Source: an uncultured Candidatus Saccharibacteria bacterium (GTDB lineage: Bacteria > Patescibacteriota > Minisyncoccia > JACQLN01). From it: a stretch of 64,000 nt of DNA. The stretch is taken from NCBI GenBank assembly GCA_964365305.1, contig CAYIPG010000001.1, forward strand, positions 2,214 to 66,213. The letters run 5' to 3'. Positions within the stretch are counted from its first letter, which is position 1. The number at the start of each line of letters is the position of its first letter. The notes under the pieces were generated by a model. It did not search any database. It had not been told where the DNA came from and saw nothing but the letters and a program-made list of their open reading frames with translations. Position numbers and translations under genes: made by a program. Shown piece by piece: positions 49,620 through 58,335 of the stretch.

Positions 49620-50973
49620 GCATGATTTTAGCCAATCTTTCGGCCGATTTTCCATCCCTTTTCCAGCAAATATCCTCGGCAACTTTTTTTCTTTCATCCA
49701 TGTCTAAATCAGGATCTGAAAGATAACCCTTTAGATATTGGGATAACTCGTTTTCGTTATAAGCAATTTTAACTCCCTTACTTTTTATTAACGGCTGTAA
49801 GTGTTCCAGTTTAAAGAATTTTCTAATACTTTCCTTCTCACTAACACTTTTTATCTTATCAAAACCTATAAGAATGACGGGTTTATCAAAAAATAACGCG
49901 TCCATAGCTATGGTTGATGGACCAGGCAACACAACATCGCTATTACAAATTAAATTCATAAGATGTTGATCCGCGTTTTTATCAAGCTCGCCCTTGCCAA
50001 AAAGCGTCTTTGGATAATCTAACTTAAAATTAGAAGGGAGTTTCAAACTACTTATATCTACTTGACCTATCACGGGCAATCTGATTAAAACTTGAACTTT
50101 GTTCGGATCCAAACATCTCAATAATTCAAGAACATACTCATTATAACTAACACTGTCTTTGCTAAATTGTTTCTGTAAGAAACTATCGGCAATAGTTATA
50201 AACAGTACGGTTTTTTTGCTTGGATCCAGACCAATTTTATTAAAAAAAACATCTCGAGGTGTTACCGCTATATTCAAGTAGTTATCATAGTGGGGAATAC
50301 CAACTATTTCTATGTTTTTCTCTGCTACTCTATTGTATTTTTCGCATTCCTCTTTCATAATCTCATTCTGTACAATAATCCTATCTGGAATTTCCCTAAT
50401 TATTCCCCGTCCGGTCAAATTATCCCACGATCTGACCATACCTACGACAAAAATACCTCTTTTTTTGGACTCTCTGATTAAGTCCAGATCGCTTTCCCCC
50501 TCGCTCCTATCAGTTATATCGGTTGAGAAAACTAAAACTGGATTATACTGGTCAAAATAAACGCCAAACCGGTTTTTAGGCAGAAAACAATAATCCAAAG
50601 TCCTTAGCGCGCCCTTAGCTAACTTAGAATTACCGAATAAGACCGTTAAAACACGGCTCATAAAATACTGAACCATTCCAGAAAATGTGTTTAGTTTTAA
50701 TCTTAATCTAAGAAAAATTTTAACAGTGTTGGTATTGAGTAAAGCGCGAGACAAAAAACCAAAAAAAATCTTAACCGTGGATAATGGCGGAACTATTACT
50801 CCTTCAATAATTAGATTGGCATGCCCAAAATTTTTCTCTAAGTAATTTTTTTCGCTCACCGGCGCCAATATCACTATCCTGACACTCCCAGAAGAGAGAA
50901 TCTTTAAAAAATCGGTGGCCAAGATATTTCTGACCACGAAATTAGAAAAAACGCTAACAAAAACTGTTTTCAT
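49603..50973 (-). CDS. TagF-like GT-B transferase (SWDN)
   Basis: RSWDNLTGRG, GIPHYD, RLP, DGKSAER. Confidence 0.7.
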   Translation of the reverse strand: MKTVFVSVFSNFVVRNILATDFLKILSSGSVRIVILAPVSEKNYLEKNFGHANLIIEGVIVPPLSTVKIFFGFLSRALLNTNTVKIFLRLRLKLNTFSGMVQYFMSRVLTVLFGNSKLAKGALRTLDYCFLPKNRFGVYFDQYNPVLVFSTDITDRSEGESDLDLIRESKKRGIFVVGMVRSWDNLTGRGIIREIPDRIIVQNEIMKEECEKYNRVAEKNIEIVGIPHYDNYLNIAVTPRDVFFNKIGLDPSKKTVLFITIADSFLQKQFSKDSVSYNEYVLELLRCLDPNKVQVLIRLPVIGQVDISSLKLPSNFKLDYPKTLFGKGELDKNADQHLMNLICNSDVVLPGPSTIAMDALFFDKPVILIGFDKIKSVSEKESIRKFFKLEHLQPLIKSKGVKIAYNENELSQYLKGYLSDPDLDMDERKKVAEDICWKRDGKSAERLAKIMLKFCV

Positions 50974-50980
50974 TGGTTAG

Positions 50981-51691
50981 TTATAGTATTAGGAATGATC
51001 GGGCGATTTCCAAGTCAAAGGGATCGTTTATATCATGAGCGCTTTTCGTGTCTATCTCAAAACCCACCGCTTGGCCTAATTCAATCTTTTTTTCCTTCAA
51101 AAACAAATCTCGTTTAAACCACCATAAATTACCATGAGCGTATCTTTTAGGATCAAGTTGCCTGCTGGGATGAGCATAATGCAATTCTGGATTATCAAAT
51201 CGTAAATAACCGTTAGAATCAATATGACGAACATGGTAAGGATGAAAAACACGGGGCACGGCTATAACAGTTTTTCCCGAATCCGCCTTTTTGGATATAA
51301 TTAAGTCAAGTGTTTTATCTATTTGTTCAGGTTTTATAAAAGGAGTGGTAGGTTCAATCAGTAGAATATATTCAGGTTTATAATTCTGGTTTTGTTCTAA
51401 CCATAAAAGAGCGTGCTCAATAACCGGTATGGTCGGCGTGTTGTCTTGGGCTAATTCCTGGGGGCGCAGGAATGGTATTTCGGCTCCCCACTGCTGGGCC
51501 ACATCAGCAATTTCTTTATCATCGGTGGTAACAATTAATCGTTTAACCGAATTACTGCTCTTTATCGCTTCGAGACAATACGCCATCAGCGGCTTTCCGC
51601 CAAGATCCGCGATGTTTTTACGGGGGATGGATTTGGATCCGCCTCTAGCGGGAACAATCGCTAATGTTTCAATTTTATTATAAACATTCAT
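50981..51691 (-). CDS. neuA: CMP-nonulosonate synthetase
   Basis: PARGGSKSIPRKN, TTDD, EPTTPF, SRQ; start moved to ATG at 51691. Confidence 0.9.
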   Translation of the reverse strand: MNVYNKIETLAIVPARGGSKSIPRKNIADLGGKPLMAYCLEAIKSSNSVKRLIVTTDDKEIADVAQQWGAEIPFLRPQELAQDNTPTIPVIEHALLWLEQNQNYKPEYILLIEPTTPFIKPEQIDKTLDLIISKKADSGKTVIAVPRVFHPYHVRHIDSNGYLRFDNPELHYAHPSRQLDPKRYAHGNLWWFKRDLFLKEKKIELGQAVGFEIDTKSAHDINDPFDLEIARSFLIL

Positions 51692-51761
51692 AGATAAAAC
51701 TATATATAATTGTAACCCAAAAATAAAGCCGGCGGTTTTTTGCCGATGGCTGTGTGTGATC

Positions 51762-52946
51762 CTATACAAAACGAACTTTTTCCCTACGCCCATCCCACTG
51801 GACATCGGGGATCAATACATCCTTTTTGGCCTCAATGCGATCTCGGCACTTCATTAGATCTAGAAGCATAACCTCCATCTCGGTTTCTATGTCATGGGTG
51901 GGTCGGTATCCCAAATCAAGAAGATGTCTATGGTCGGGGTTGTAATAATGTTCCTCCATTTCTTTGCGCGGATTCTCGAGATTGCGCACTTCCACCGGCA
52001 ATCCCAACCCACCGGCCACTTTCTTGATTTTCAGAGCCAACTCGGTGATATCATAGACCTCCTCGAACTGGTTGAAAACCCGATACTCACCGTTCCTAGA
52101 TGGGTTCTCAAGCGCGAGAGTCAGACACTGCATGGAATCCCGCAGGGGAAGGAAACCTCTTTTCTGATGTCCCTTCCCAAACGGCGTCAGCGGGTGTCCA
52201 ATGACGGCCTGACAGCAGAAACGGTTGATGGCTGTACCGAAGGCCTGATCAAAGTCCAGTCGTGTCAACAACTGTTTGTCATTGCCCATGGCATCGATGC
52301 GAGTACCAAAAACAACGCCCTGCATAATATCCGTGGCCCGCAGGCCCCAGATTTTGCAGGCAAACATAATGTTGTTAGAACTATGAACTTTGCTCCAGTG
52401 GTACCAACTTCCCGCTTGTCGTGGAAAAACCGCCTTGGGATATTTCTTCCCACGAAATTCGGCATCAAAGAAACCCTCTGGGATATCAACCGGTGGCGTG
52501 CCGTACTCACCCATTGTCCCCAACTTGACCAGATGGGCCTGTGGGCAAATATCCCGCATAGCAAAGATCAAATTGAGAGTTCCAACAATGTTGTTGGTCT
52601 GGACGAACGCAGCGTGTTTGGCGCTCATCATAGAATACGGCGCCGATGGGCATTCACCCAAATGCACCACAGCATCGGGTTGGAACTCGCGAAAAACCCG
52701 TTCAACCAGATCGTAATCACGGAGATCCCCTTCCCAAAAACGCAATTCTCTCCCAAAACGCTTTTTGAAAGCTGGTAATCGTTCTTTCATTAAACAGATA
52801 GGTATGGCACTCCAGGAACCCATTTCTTCCACCCACACCCGGCGGGAAAAATTATCCACCCCCGCCACCTTATGACCTCTAGCCGTTAAATGCTGCGCCA
52901 AAGACCAACCTAAATACCCGTCCACTCCAGCAATCAAAATTTTCAT
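51762..52946 (-). CDS. sqdB: UDP-sulfoquinovose synthase (SqdB/SQD1/Agl3 family)
   Basis: GVDGYLGW, PSAPYSM, HLVKLGTMGEYG, YHWSKVH, FGTAINRFC, NPRKE; AAGGAG RBS before ATG at 52946. Confidence 0.92.
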   Translation of the reverse strand: MKILIAGVDGYLGWSLAQHLTARGHKVAGVDNFSRRVWVEEMGSWSAIPICLMKERLPAFKKRFGRELRFWEGDLRDYDLVERVFREFQPDAVVHLGECPSAPYSMMSAKHAAFVQTNNIVGTLNLIFAMRDICPQAHLVKLGTMGEYGTPPVDIPEGFFDAEFRGKKYPKAVFPRQAGSWYHWSKVHSSNNIMFACKIWGLRATDIMQGVVFGTRIDAMGNDKQLLTRLDFDQAFGTAINRFCCQAVIGHPLTPFGKGHQKRGFLPLRDSMQCLTLALENPSRNGEYRVFNQFEEVYDITELALKIKKVAGGLGLPVEVRNLENPRKEMEEHYYNPDHRHLLDLGYRPTHDIETEMEVMLLDLMKCRDRIEAKKDVLIPDVQWDGRREKVRFV

Positions 52947-53049
52947 TTTATGGTCTCCTTTTTTAGAGATTGATGAAGGTTGCTTGATCGTTTTTTTCAT
53001 AAAAAGAGCAAAAATAACCTTAACATTTGTATAAACTTAAGTAAAGACA

Positions 53050-53730
53050 TCAAATTTTGGTGTGCAAACCGCATTCACCGCCAATATGGGCTGTGCCGCT
53101 AAATCGACCTGCTCTTTCAAATTGTCCTTGTCTACCGCCACCCTCTCGGGTTTTACCAGATGTAGTGCATGGCTTACAACCCAAGGAAAGGTAACCTTGA
53201 CCGTAAAGAGGGTGGTGTCTTAAATTATTTTCTTTTATGTATTGCCACACATCCTCTTTAGTCCAAAAAGCAATTGGATTTATCTTGGCAATTTTACCAT
53301 CTTCAACCAGTGGAGTATTTTTTCTGTATTCTGTTTCATCCCTCCGCAATCCAGTAATCCATGCATCATAATTACCCAAAACAGCATTTATTGCTGGTAT
53401 CTTCATTTCACAACATTTATACTGATCATTTTTTATGAAAGAAGCGCCATAATACTCATTTATTTTTTTCTCGTCCTCTTCACTGGGACGAGTCCATTTA
53501 AAATTCATCTTTAAGTCGCTCACTAGAGAAGCGGCGAAAGATAGGGTTTCTTCAAACTCGTATCCCGTATCTATACCCACAAACTGAAAATCCGGATTTA
53601 TCTGCCTTACCAAATCCACTATAACTACCGAGTCCTTACCAAAAGAGCAGGCCGCAAAAATATGTGGATACGCTTTGGCCGCCAATGTTATTAGGCCTTT
53701 GGAAACATCTGTTTTCTCTTTGAGAGTCAT
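53050..53730 (-). CDS. cysH: APS/PAPS reductase, [4Fe-4S] APS-type
   Basis: SFGKDS, DTG, KCC, WITGLRR, SLGCKPCT, ECGLH. Confidence 0.9.
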   Translation of the reverse strand: MTLKEKTDVSKGLITLAAKAYPHIFAACSFGKDSVVIVDLVRQINPDFQFVGIDTGYEFEETLSFAASLVSDLKMNFKWTRPSEEDEKKINEYYGASFIKNDQYKCCEMKIPAINAVLGNYDAWITGLRRDETEYRKNTPLVEDGKIAKINPIAFWTKEDVWQYIKENNLRHHPLYGQGYLSLGCKPCTTSGKTREGGGRQGQFERAGRFSGTAHIGGECGLHTKI

Positions 53731-53763
53731 ATAGATTTAATTATTTGGTTAATTATAATATTT

Positions 53764-54921
53764 TTAACTCAACCTTTTCTCCAAAAGTTTCCTGTTTATT
53801 TTTACTGACTTTAAAATCTTCACTATCCTTTCCGAAGCCCGACCATCGCCCAAATGCGGCTTGATATTTTTAAGTTTTTGCCTAAAAATCTTATTTGCCA
53901 AAACATATCTTATCTTTTCGATTACATCGGTTTTATTATGATTTGAATCAACCACATTACTGGATCTAGATCGGCCGGTTTGACGATGACCGATATTCAC
54001 CGCCGGCAATTTTAGGTAAGGGGCTTCTACCAAAGCTCCAGAGGAATTACCAATCATAGCTTTAGCCGCGGCCATCAAACCCAAAAAATCCAAATTTTCT
54101 ATATTCTTATAAATTTTGAAATTAGAGTCGTGATCAACTTCATGGATGGCCTTGATAATTCCTTCGTAACCCGGATCGGAACAAGGATAAAGCAGAACTG
54201 ATTTAAAATCTAACGATTTGATCGCGCCAAGAATTAACTTCATATCTTCATAGTTCTCTCGGCTAGTTTTCATTGTTTCAGGATGGTAAATGGTAATAAA
54301 AAAATCTTCACCGGGCCAAGCGTATTTAGCCGCAGCCGCCTTAGGAACAGTAAATATTCTCTTAATAATACGATCTATATAAACCGAACCGACTGTGTGA
54401 ATGCGCCACGACTCTTCGCCCAACGACCTAACAATTTGGGCCGCTCTTTTAGTTTCCGGAAAATGAATGTGAGCTAACTTAGTAATAGCGTGCCGTTGAA
54501 CATCGTCTACATTACCGGACGACTCACCACCTTGGGTGTGAGCAATGGGTATATTCAAAGACAAAGCCGCAAAGGCAATCATCAAATGTTCCCCGCGGTC
54601 GGCGTGCACCAAAACAATATCAGGCCTTAATTTATTAAGAACCGACACGCTCCTAGTCAGACACAAACCCAAATTCTCGGCCCTGATGACCGCCGAATCT
54701 CCACGGCCAGTGCCTATATCAATAACCTCTATTTTTGACTTTGGGAAAAGATTATTTGCCTCGTCGACAGTTTTTCCAAACTGCGGTGAGGCATGCATAT
54801 CAGAAAGAAGAAGCTGTAATTCCAAACCCGGGTCTTTTTCAATTAGTTTTATAAGTTCAGAATAAGCGCCTAGGCCACCCCTCTTGCCCGAAAAAACACA
54901 GATTTTTCTTTTTTTTTTCAT
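53764..54921 (-). CDS. neuC: Hydrolysing UDP-GlcNAc 2-epimerase
   Basis: ADRGE, HTQGGESSGNVDDVQRHAITKLAHIHF, GNSSG. Confidence 0.88.
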   Translation of the reverse strand: MKKKRKICVFSGKRGGLGAYSELIKLIEKDPGLELQLLLSDMHASPQFGKTVDEANNLFPKSKIEVIDIGTGRGDSAVIRAENLGLCLTRSVSVLNKLRPDIVLVHADRGEHLMIAFAALSLNIPIAHTQGGESSGNVDDVQRHAITKLAHIHFPETKRAAQIVRSLGEESWRIHTVGSVYIDRIIKRIFTVPKAAAAKYAWPGEDFFITIYHPETMKTSRENYEDMKLILGAIKSLDFKSVLLYPCSDPGYEGIIKAIHEVDHDSNFKIYKNIENLDFLGLMAAAKAMIGNSSGALVEAPYLKLPAVNIGHRQTGRSRSSNVVDSNHNKTDVIEKIRYVLANKIFRQKLKNIKPHLGDGRASERIVKILKSVKINRKLLEKRLS

Positions 54922-54927
54922 TATTTT

Positions 54928-56328
54928 TTATTTATATAACTTTAATTTAAAAAGATAATCTTTAAAGAGAATTATGATATTTTTATAAAGGCCGACTGCA
55001 AAAAAAACATCATCGCGATTAAATACAAAAATCTCTTTAACTCTTATTTTTAAATAAGGACGCGCCTTAACTAACCAGTAATAAAACAGGATCGTTGTAA
55101 TAGCATAGGTTATAACATACTCTAACGCCGCGCCCCACACTCCAAGAATAGGCAAAAGCAAAGCCAATAAGCCAATAGATAAAAAAGTATTATCAAATGA
55201 GCGAATAAATAATATGCGCTGTTCTTGTAAAGCTATTATCATCATACGCAAAACCTTGTAAAAACCATACAAGAAAAAAACAACTGACATGAGCTTAATG
55301 AGGGATACCGCCTCGCTATATTTTGGGAAAAAGTAATGTATAACCATAGGCACAAAAATAAAAAAACAGATACCCAGTAAAAGACCCAAAAAAGAAGAAT
55401 ATTTCAACATTCTAGCAAAAATATGCCTTAATCTTTTATGATCATCTAACTCTCTAGGCAATAAAAGACCCATGGTTCCTATCGGAAATAAAGTAATTAT
55501 AAAGGCCAGCGCAGATCTGGCTAAACTGTATATAGCCACGGCCTCTGTGTTCAGAAAAAACTTTACTAGCCATAACCTGGTGCTACTGGATAACTTAGAT
55601 AAAATATTTCTAAGCAACACCCATAAACCATGTGCTTTTACAAGCGGCCATAAAATGCCATTACTTGCAAGCGCTGATTGAGCGAAAAGTTTAAAGTAGG
55701 CCTTTATAAAATAAAAACTGGAAAATGCCAAAGCGCAGAATTGAGAAACAATGTGAATAATTAAAACAGTTTTTATGTTTAAACCCTGCTTGGTAATAAA
55801 CAGAGTGACTATAATTAAAGTTTTTACAAGCTCACCCGCTAATGGAACCGATAAATTTAAAAAAGAAATTTTAGATCTAAAAAAAGAATCCTGCACCGAC
55901 TGCATGCTCTCAATAAGTATCATTATGCTGGCGATTTTAATATAAATCCCCAGACCCTGGCTATAATAGTTAGAAATAATATCTGCTCCCAAAAAAACCA
56001 AAATCGCAAGTATTACCCCCAAAACCGTTTTAGCTCCAGCATATTCCAAAAACAACCGTTTAGCTGACCTTATATTTAACTGTCCAATAAACCTGCTTAA
56101 GCTAACTTCCACAATAGAATCTATTCCACCCGAAGTCAGACTGCTGGCTATGGTTATAAAAGAAATCACTAGCTGATATAAACCAAAATCATAAACGGTC
56201 AGCAAAGTCAAAATCATGGCGGAATTTATCAAAACAACAAATTTTACGGATAAATTCCAAAAACCGGAAATGACTTCCCCTTCTATCAAATTTCTTGCCA
56301 AAGAATGTCCTTTTATTTCCATATTCAA
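54928..56328 (-). CDS. wzx: Wzx-type oligosaccharide flippase
   Basis: About 12 TM helices; DFGLY, GVWGAA. Confidence 0.8.
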   Translation of the reverse strand: MNMEIKGHSLARNLIEGEVISGFWNLSVKFVVLINSAMILTLLTVYDFGLYQLVISFITIASSLTSGGIDSIVEVSLSRFIGQLNIRSAKRLFLEYAGAKTVLGVILAILVFLGADIISNYYSQGLGIYIKIASIMILIESMQSVQDSFFRSKISFLNLSVPLAGELVKTLIIVTLFITKQGLNIKTVLIIHIVSQFCALAFSSFYFIKAYFKLFAQSALASNGILWPLVKAHGLWVLLRNILSKLSSSTRLWLVKFFLNTEAVAIYSLARSALAFIITLFPIGTMGLLLPRELDDHKRLRHIFARMLKYSSFLGLLLGICFFIFVPMVIHYFFPKYSEAVSLIKLMSVVFFLYGFYKVLRMMIIALQEQRILFIRSFDNTFLSIGLLALLLPILGVWGAALEYVITYAITTILFYYWLVKARPYLKIRVKEIFVFNRDDVFFAVGLYKNIIILFKDYLFKLKLYK

Positions 56329-57378
56329 CTAAAAAGCGAGAGCGATACTTAATTTCTCCATCAAATAGTTTAAGCTATGGTGGTTAACAACAATATCTCT
56401 TAACTCACTTGTTAATCTAATCTCCTCGTTGCTTTCCAATTTTAGCAAATTAATTATCTTTGACCCTAAATTATCAGAATCCCCTTCATTAAAAATAAAA
56501 AGGTTGACCAATTTTGAGGGTAAGATATCTTTATAAGATAAATTAGAAACTAATATCATGGTTTCGCAGGACATTGCTTCCAAAGTAGTTTTATCTAAAC
56601 TTCCGGTTGGGGTTAAATTTATGAAAATACGGCTCTCATTGTAAGCTAAAACCGCCTCTGAATTTGGAATAGATGATCTAAAAATTATTTTACCGTCTTT
56701 TATTAATTTTAGAGACATGGTCTTCAACTTATTCTTGTAAAATTCATCAGCTCTAGAAGAGGGAGAACCAATAATATAAATTTGAAAATCAATTTTCTGC
56801 CTATCTAGTAACTCAGCCGCCGAGATTAGCACTTCTATTTTTTTAATGGGCGAGATACGGCCTAGAAATAAAATTTGATTATGATTTTTTGCGACAGGGA
56901 CCTTCTTAAAAAGATCAACATCAATTCCAGCCGGCATTAAATTTGTTTTGCTAAACTTGGCCGCAAAAGAATATTTTGAGGTGCAAAAAACTCTACCTGA
57001 AAAAAAAATCCCTACTCTATCTATAACATTACCCATAGGATGGTTATACCACAATGAAGTTTTCTTATCATAAAGTTTCCAAAATAAACCGCCCAGCACA
57101 ATATAGATAGGATTCATATGCACAAACACTACATCATAATCATGCCTTAATTTCCAAATATACTTATAAAAATTAAATATATATTTGAGCCGAGACGGAC
57201 CTGATTCTTTGCCTAACGAAAAAACCCCGACATTGTTTGGCAATTCGGTTTTACCTTGATAGAGACAGACCACCGAGATCTTAGTGAATTTTTGAGCTAA
57301 TTTGCTTATCCAACTATGATAAACGCCCAAAATATCATCATCCAGGTCTACTTTTTGAGTTATAAACAAAAGTTTCAT
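56329..57378 (-). CDS. GT4 glycosyltransferase
   Basis: GRISPIK, GSLDKTTLEAMSC. Confidence 0.88.
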   Translation of the reverse strand: MKLLFITQKVDLDDDILGVYHSWISKLAQKFTKISVVCLYQGKTELPNNVGVFSLGKESGPSRLKYIFNFYKYIWKLRHDYDVVFVHMNPIYIVLGGLFWKLYDKKTSLWYNHPMGNVIDRVGIFFSGRVFCTSKYSFAAKFSKTNLMPAGIDVDLFKKVPVAKNHNQILFLGRISPIKKIEVLISAAELLDRQKIDFQIYIIGSPSSRADEFYKNKLKTMSLKLIKDGKIIFRSSIPNSEAVLAYNESRIFINLTPTGSLDKTTLEAMSCETMILVSNLSYKDILPSKLVNLFIFNEGDSDNLGSKIINLLKLESNEEIRLTSELRDIVVNHHSLNYLMEKLSIALAF

Positions 57379-57412
57379 GTGGTTTCTGTATCTTCTACTT
57401 CTAAAAAGGAGC

Positions 57413-58282
57413 TTAGATAAGCTCCTTGTAGTGTTCCTTGTACCAATCCACCGTTCGTTTCATGCCTACTTCTATAGGAGTAAATTCAAACTTCCCTAAC
57501 CAGCGTTCTAGAGTTGAGATGTCACCCTGAATAACCGCTTTCGATGTTTCACCTGGGCGCATAGGTAAAAACTCTATTTTTGCTCCCAACATATCCGCTA
57601 TCAACTTGGCCACTTTAATCAAGGGTTCACCCCTGCCACTGCCGGAATCAATTACTTCTGTAGCGACTTTGTCCAACTCCAAAGCCCGAACTAGAATCTC
57701 TGCCGTATCGCCAGCGTAAACCAAATCAACTAATTGGCTACCATCACCATAAACCTGTAGCGGTTGGCCCTGTAGGGCTCTGATGATAAAACTGGGAGCA
57801 AACTTTCTAACCGGTTTGAATTTCTGGCCTTCGCCATAAACATTAAACCCTCTAACAACATTTATATGAGTGCTAAATTCTTTATTGTACAAAAAAGCAA
57901 AGTCCTTGGCTGTTCTTTTGGTTAAAGCATAGGGGTTGTACCAAACATCCGGCAGTGTTATATAAACGCATTTCTTGTTATATTTTTTAACTGCCTCAAA
58001 AACATTAAGCGTGCCCAATATATTGACCTCGTTGGTCTCAATAATATGCTGAAGGGTTTCCGCTGTGCCAAGAATACCGGCTAAGTGGATAACCCCATCG
58101 CATTCAAAAACGGCCTGGTCCACAGCATTCTTATCGCGAATATCGGCTGTAAAACTTTTAACTCCTGGCACCGGATCAATCATACGACGATCAAAACTTA
58201 AAACCTGATGCCCATGAGACAAAAGCGTTTTTATCACATGACCGCCAATAAAACCCTGCCCGCCAGTTACTAAAACTTTCAT
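57413..58282 (-). CDS. NAD-dependent epimerase/dehydratase
   Basis: TGGQGFIG, HLAG, YALTK, FNVYG. Confidence 0.85.
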   Translation of the reverse strand: MKVLVTGGQGFIGGHVIKTLLSHGHQVLSFDRRMIDPVPGVKSFTADIRDKNAVDQAVFECDGVIHLAGILGTAETLQHIIETNEVNILGTLNVFEAVKKYNKKCVYITLPDVWYNPYALTKRTAKDFAFLYNKEFSTHINVVRGFNVYGEGQKFKPVRKFAPSFIIRALQGQPLQVYGDGSQLVDLVYAGDTAEILVRALELDKVATEVIDSGSGRGEPLIKVAKLIADMLGAKIEFLPMRPGETSKAVIQGDISTLERWLGKFEFTPIEVGMKRTVDWYKEHYKELI

Positions 58283-58335
58283 ATTTTTACTTATTTTATT
58301 TATATATAAATTAACACTTGTTTATTAAGACAATA

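Noticed and set aside
51894-52778. 294-aa + strand ORF (and nested 52390..52716, 52265..52564)
   Set aside because: Lies entirely over the well-conserved sqdB; no motifs; explained as shadow ORFs of a GC-richer gene
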